Below the pieces are notes generated by a model. That model did not search any database and was not told the origin of the DNA. It was given only the letters and a program-made list of their open reading frames with translations. Source: Parcubacteria group bacterium (GTDB lineage: Bacteria; Patescibacteriota; Minisyncoccia; JACPHC01). From it: a DNA stretch of 64,000 nucleotides. How positions within the stretch are numbered: position 1 is the first letter of the stretch; each line of letters begins with the position of its first letter. Location of the stretch: the NCBI GenBank assembly GCA_016188775.1, contig JACPHC010000003.1, positions 344 to 64,343 of the forward strand. Direction: 5' to 3'. Both the position numbers and the translations under genes were made by a program. Positions 63,264 to 64,000 of the stretch are shown here, one piece after another.

Positions 63264-64000
63264 GATGCTGAAAATCGCTTATCGACTCGGAAAAATTTTA
63301 AATATTTATACTTTAGGACTATTTAATCTGGCGATAATTTTATTCGCTGAATTTTTCGGCAATGGAGTATTTTTCTATAAATCAAATTTAATTCACTTAA
63401 TCGGCATTATCTTTCCCGTATTCATTCTAATTTTTTTATTCAGTCAATATCTGATTTTCGACGCGACTCTGCGCAAAGCTCTTAGCTTTTTTCTGGGAGC
63501 TTTTGTATTATCCGGCCTGATCCATACGATTATCCATATTTTAGAAATCGTGAAAAATCTTCTCGCCCCGGAATCCATTAGAATAAGCATGCAGATGATA
63601 TATATTATTAGTTTTCTTTTGATTATCATCGCCGCTGAAATACCTTGGAGCGTTTACACGAAAAAATTCCATATCGGCGTCTTAAATTATATCGCCTTAA
63701 TCGCGATTCTATTTATCTTGACGGTCTTTGCTCTCGTCAATATAAATTTTTCTCTTTTGATAAAAAACAGCCTTGCTTCTAAAGTATTAGTCGCGATGCT
63801 TGTTGGTTTCGGCCTTCTCGCGATTTACGAGATCAGAAAAAAAATAAAATACATTCTGCCTCTTATCTTCGGTAAATTTTCCAATTTTATAATCGCCGGC
63901 ATCGGCGTTAATATAATTTCCGGCCTTTTTGAATTTTTCGCTTTAAAAAATCCTTTGATTTTGGGGTTGATTCAAAATCTCTATATTTCTCATTTTCTGT
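63264..64000 (+). CDS. Polytopic membrane protein, 5' partial; it runs off the window end and is absent from the ORF track
   Basis: ATG at 63264 with an open frame to position 64000; at least six hydrophobic helices. Confidence 0.5.

Noticed and set aside
1-64000. CRISPR arrays and rRNA genes
   Set aside because: I looked for regularly spaced short direct repeats and for 16S/23S/5S-like conserved stretches and found none. The repeats present are palindromic or inverted-repeat elements and tandem coding repeats, not CRISPR.

Overview
The window is AT-rich (roughly 35-40% GC) and gene-dense, with small, often overlapping genes. The composition and gene content suggest a small-genome bacterium, plausibly of the Candidate Phyla Radiation (Patescibacteria-like); this is inference. 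About 65 CDSs and 8 tRNAs are supportable.

Main blocks, start to end:
- 250-8500: a type IV pilus-like locus. A TrpR-like regulator sits between two palindromic operators, followed by two pseudopilins, a ~970-aa protein with eight 44-aa Cys-containing tandem repeats, and pilM-pilN-pilO. A REP-associated tyrosine transposase (RAYT) and its REP palindromes are embedded in the locus.
- 8500-45900: housekeeping genes (ALDH, RNase Y, HU, iPGM, CCA-adding enzyme, clpP-tig, H+-PPase, nusA, ksgA, uvrD/pcrA, comM) interspersed with tRNAs.
- 46200-56950: an accessory cell-surface locus. It holds cohesin- and dockerin-like proteins, a family of secreted paralogs with shared 5' and 3' boxes and hypervariable cores, a pectate-lyase-like beta-helix protein, HepT/MntA and RelE-like toxin-antitoxin pairs, and a DUF4143 AAA+ ATPase.
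- 57000-62500: rpsO, a NYN-domain protein and pnp in one operon, then two hypothetical proteins.

The most unusual signal is a set of small repeat families. Several of these sit inside or abut coding sequence, supplying start codons, C-termini or stop codons.
- REP palindromes, six copies.
- Two MITE-like elements with terminal inverted repeats.
- A 20-bp CACGTG palindrome repeated in-frame inside a CDS.
- 40-bp palindromes with a CGATCG core.
- GC-rich scars of a 3' module shared by the surface-protein genes.

The surface-protein locus, with conserved recombinogenic ends and stacked module scars, is the best candidate for an undescribed variation system. No CRISPR array and no rRNA were seen.
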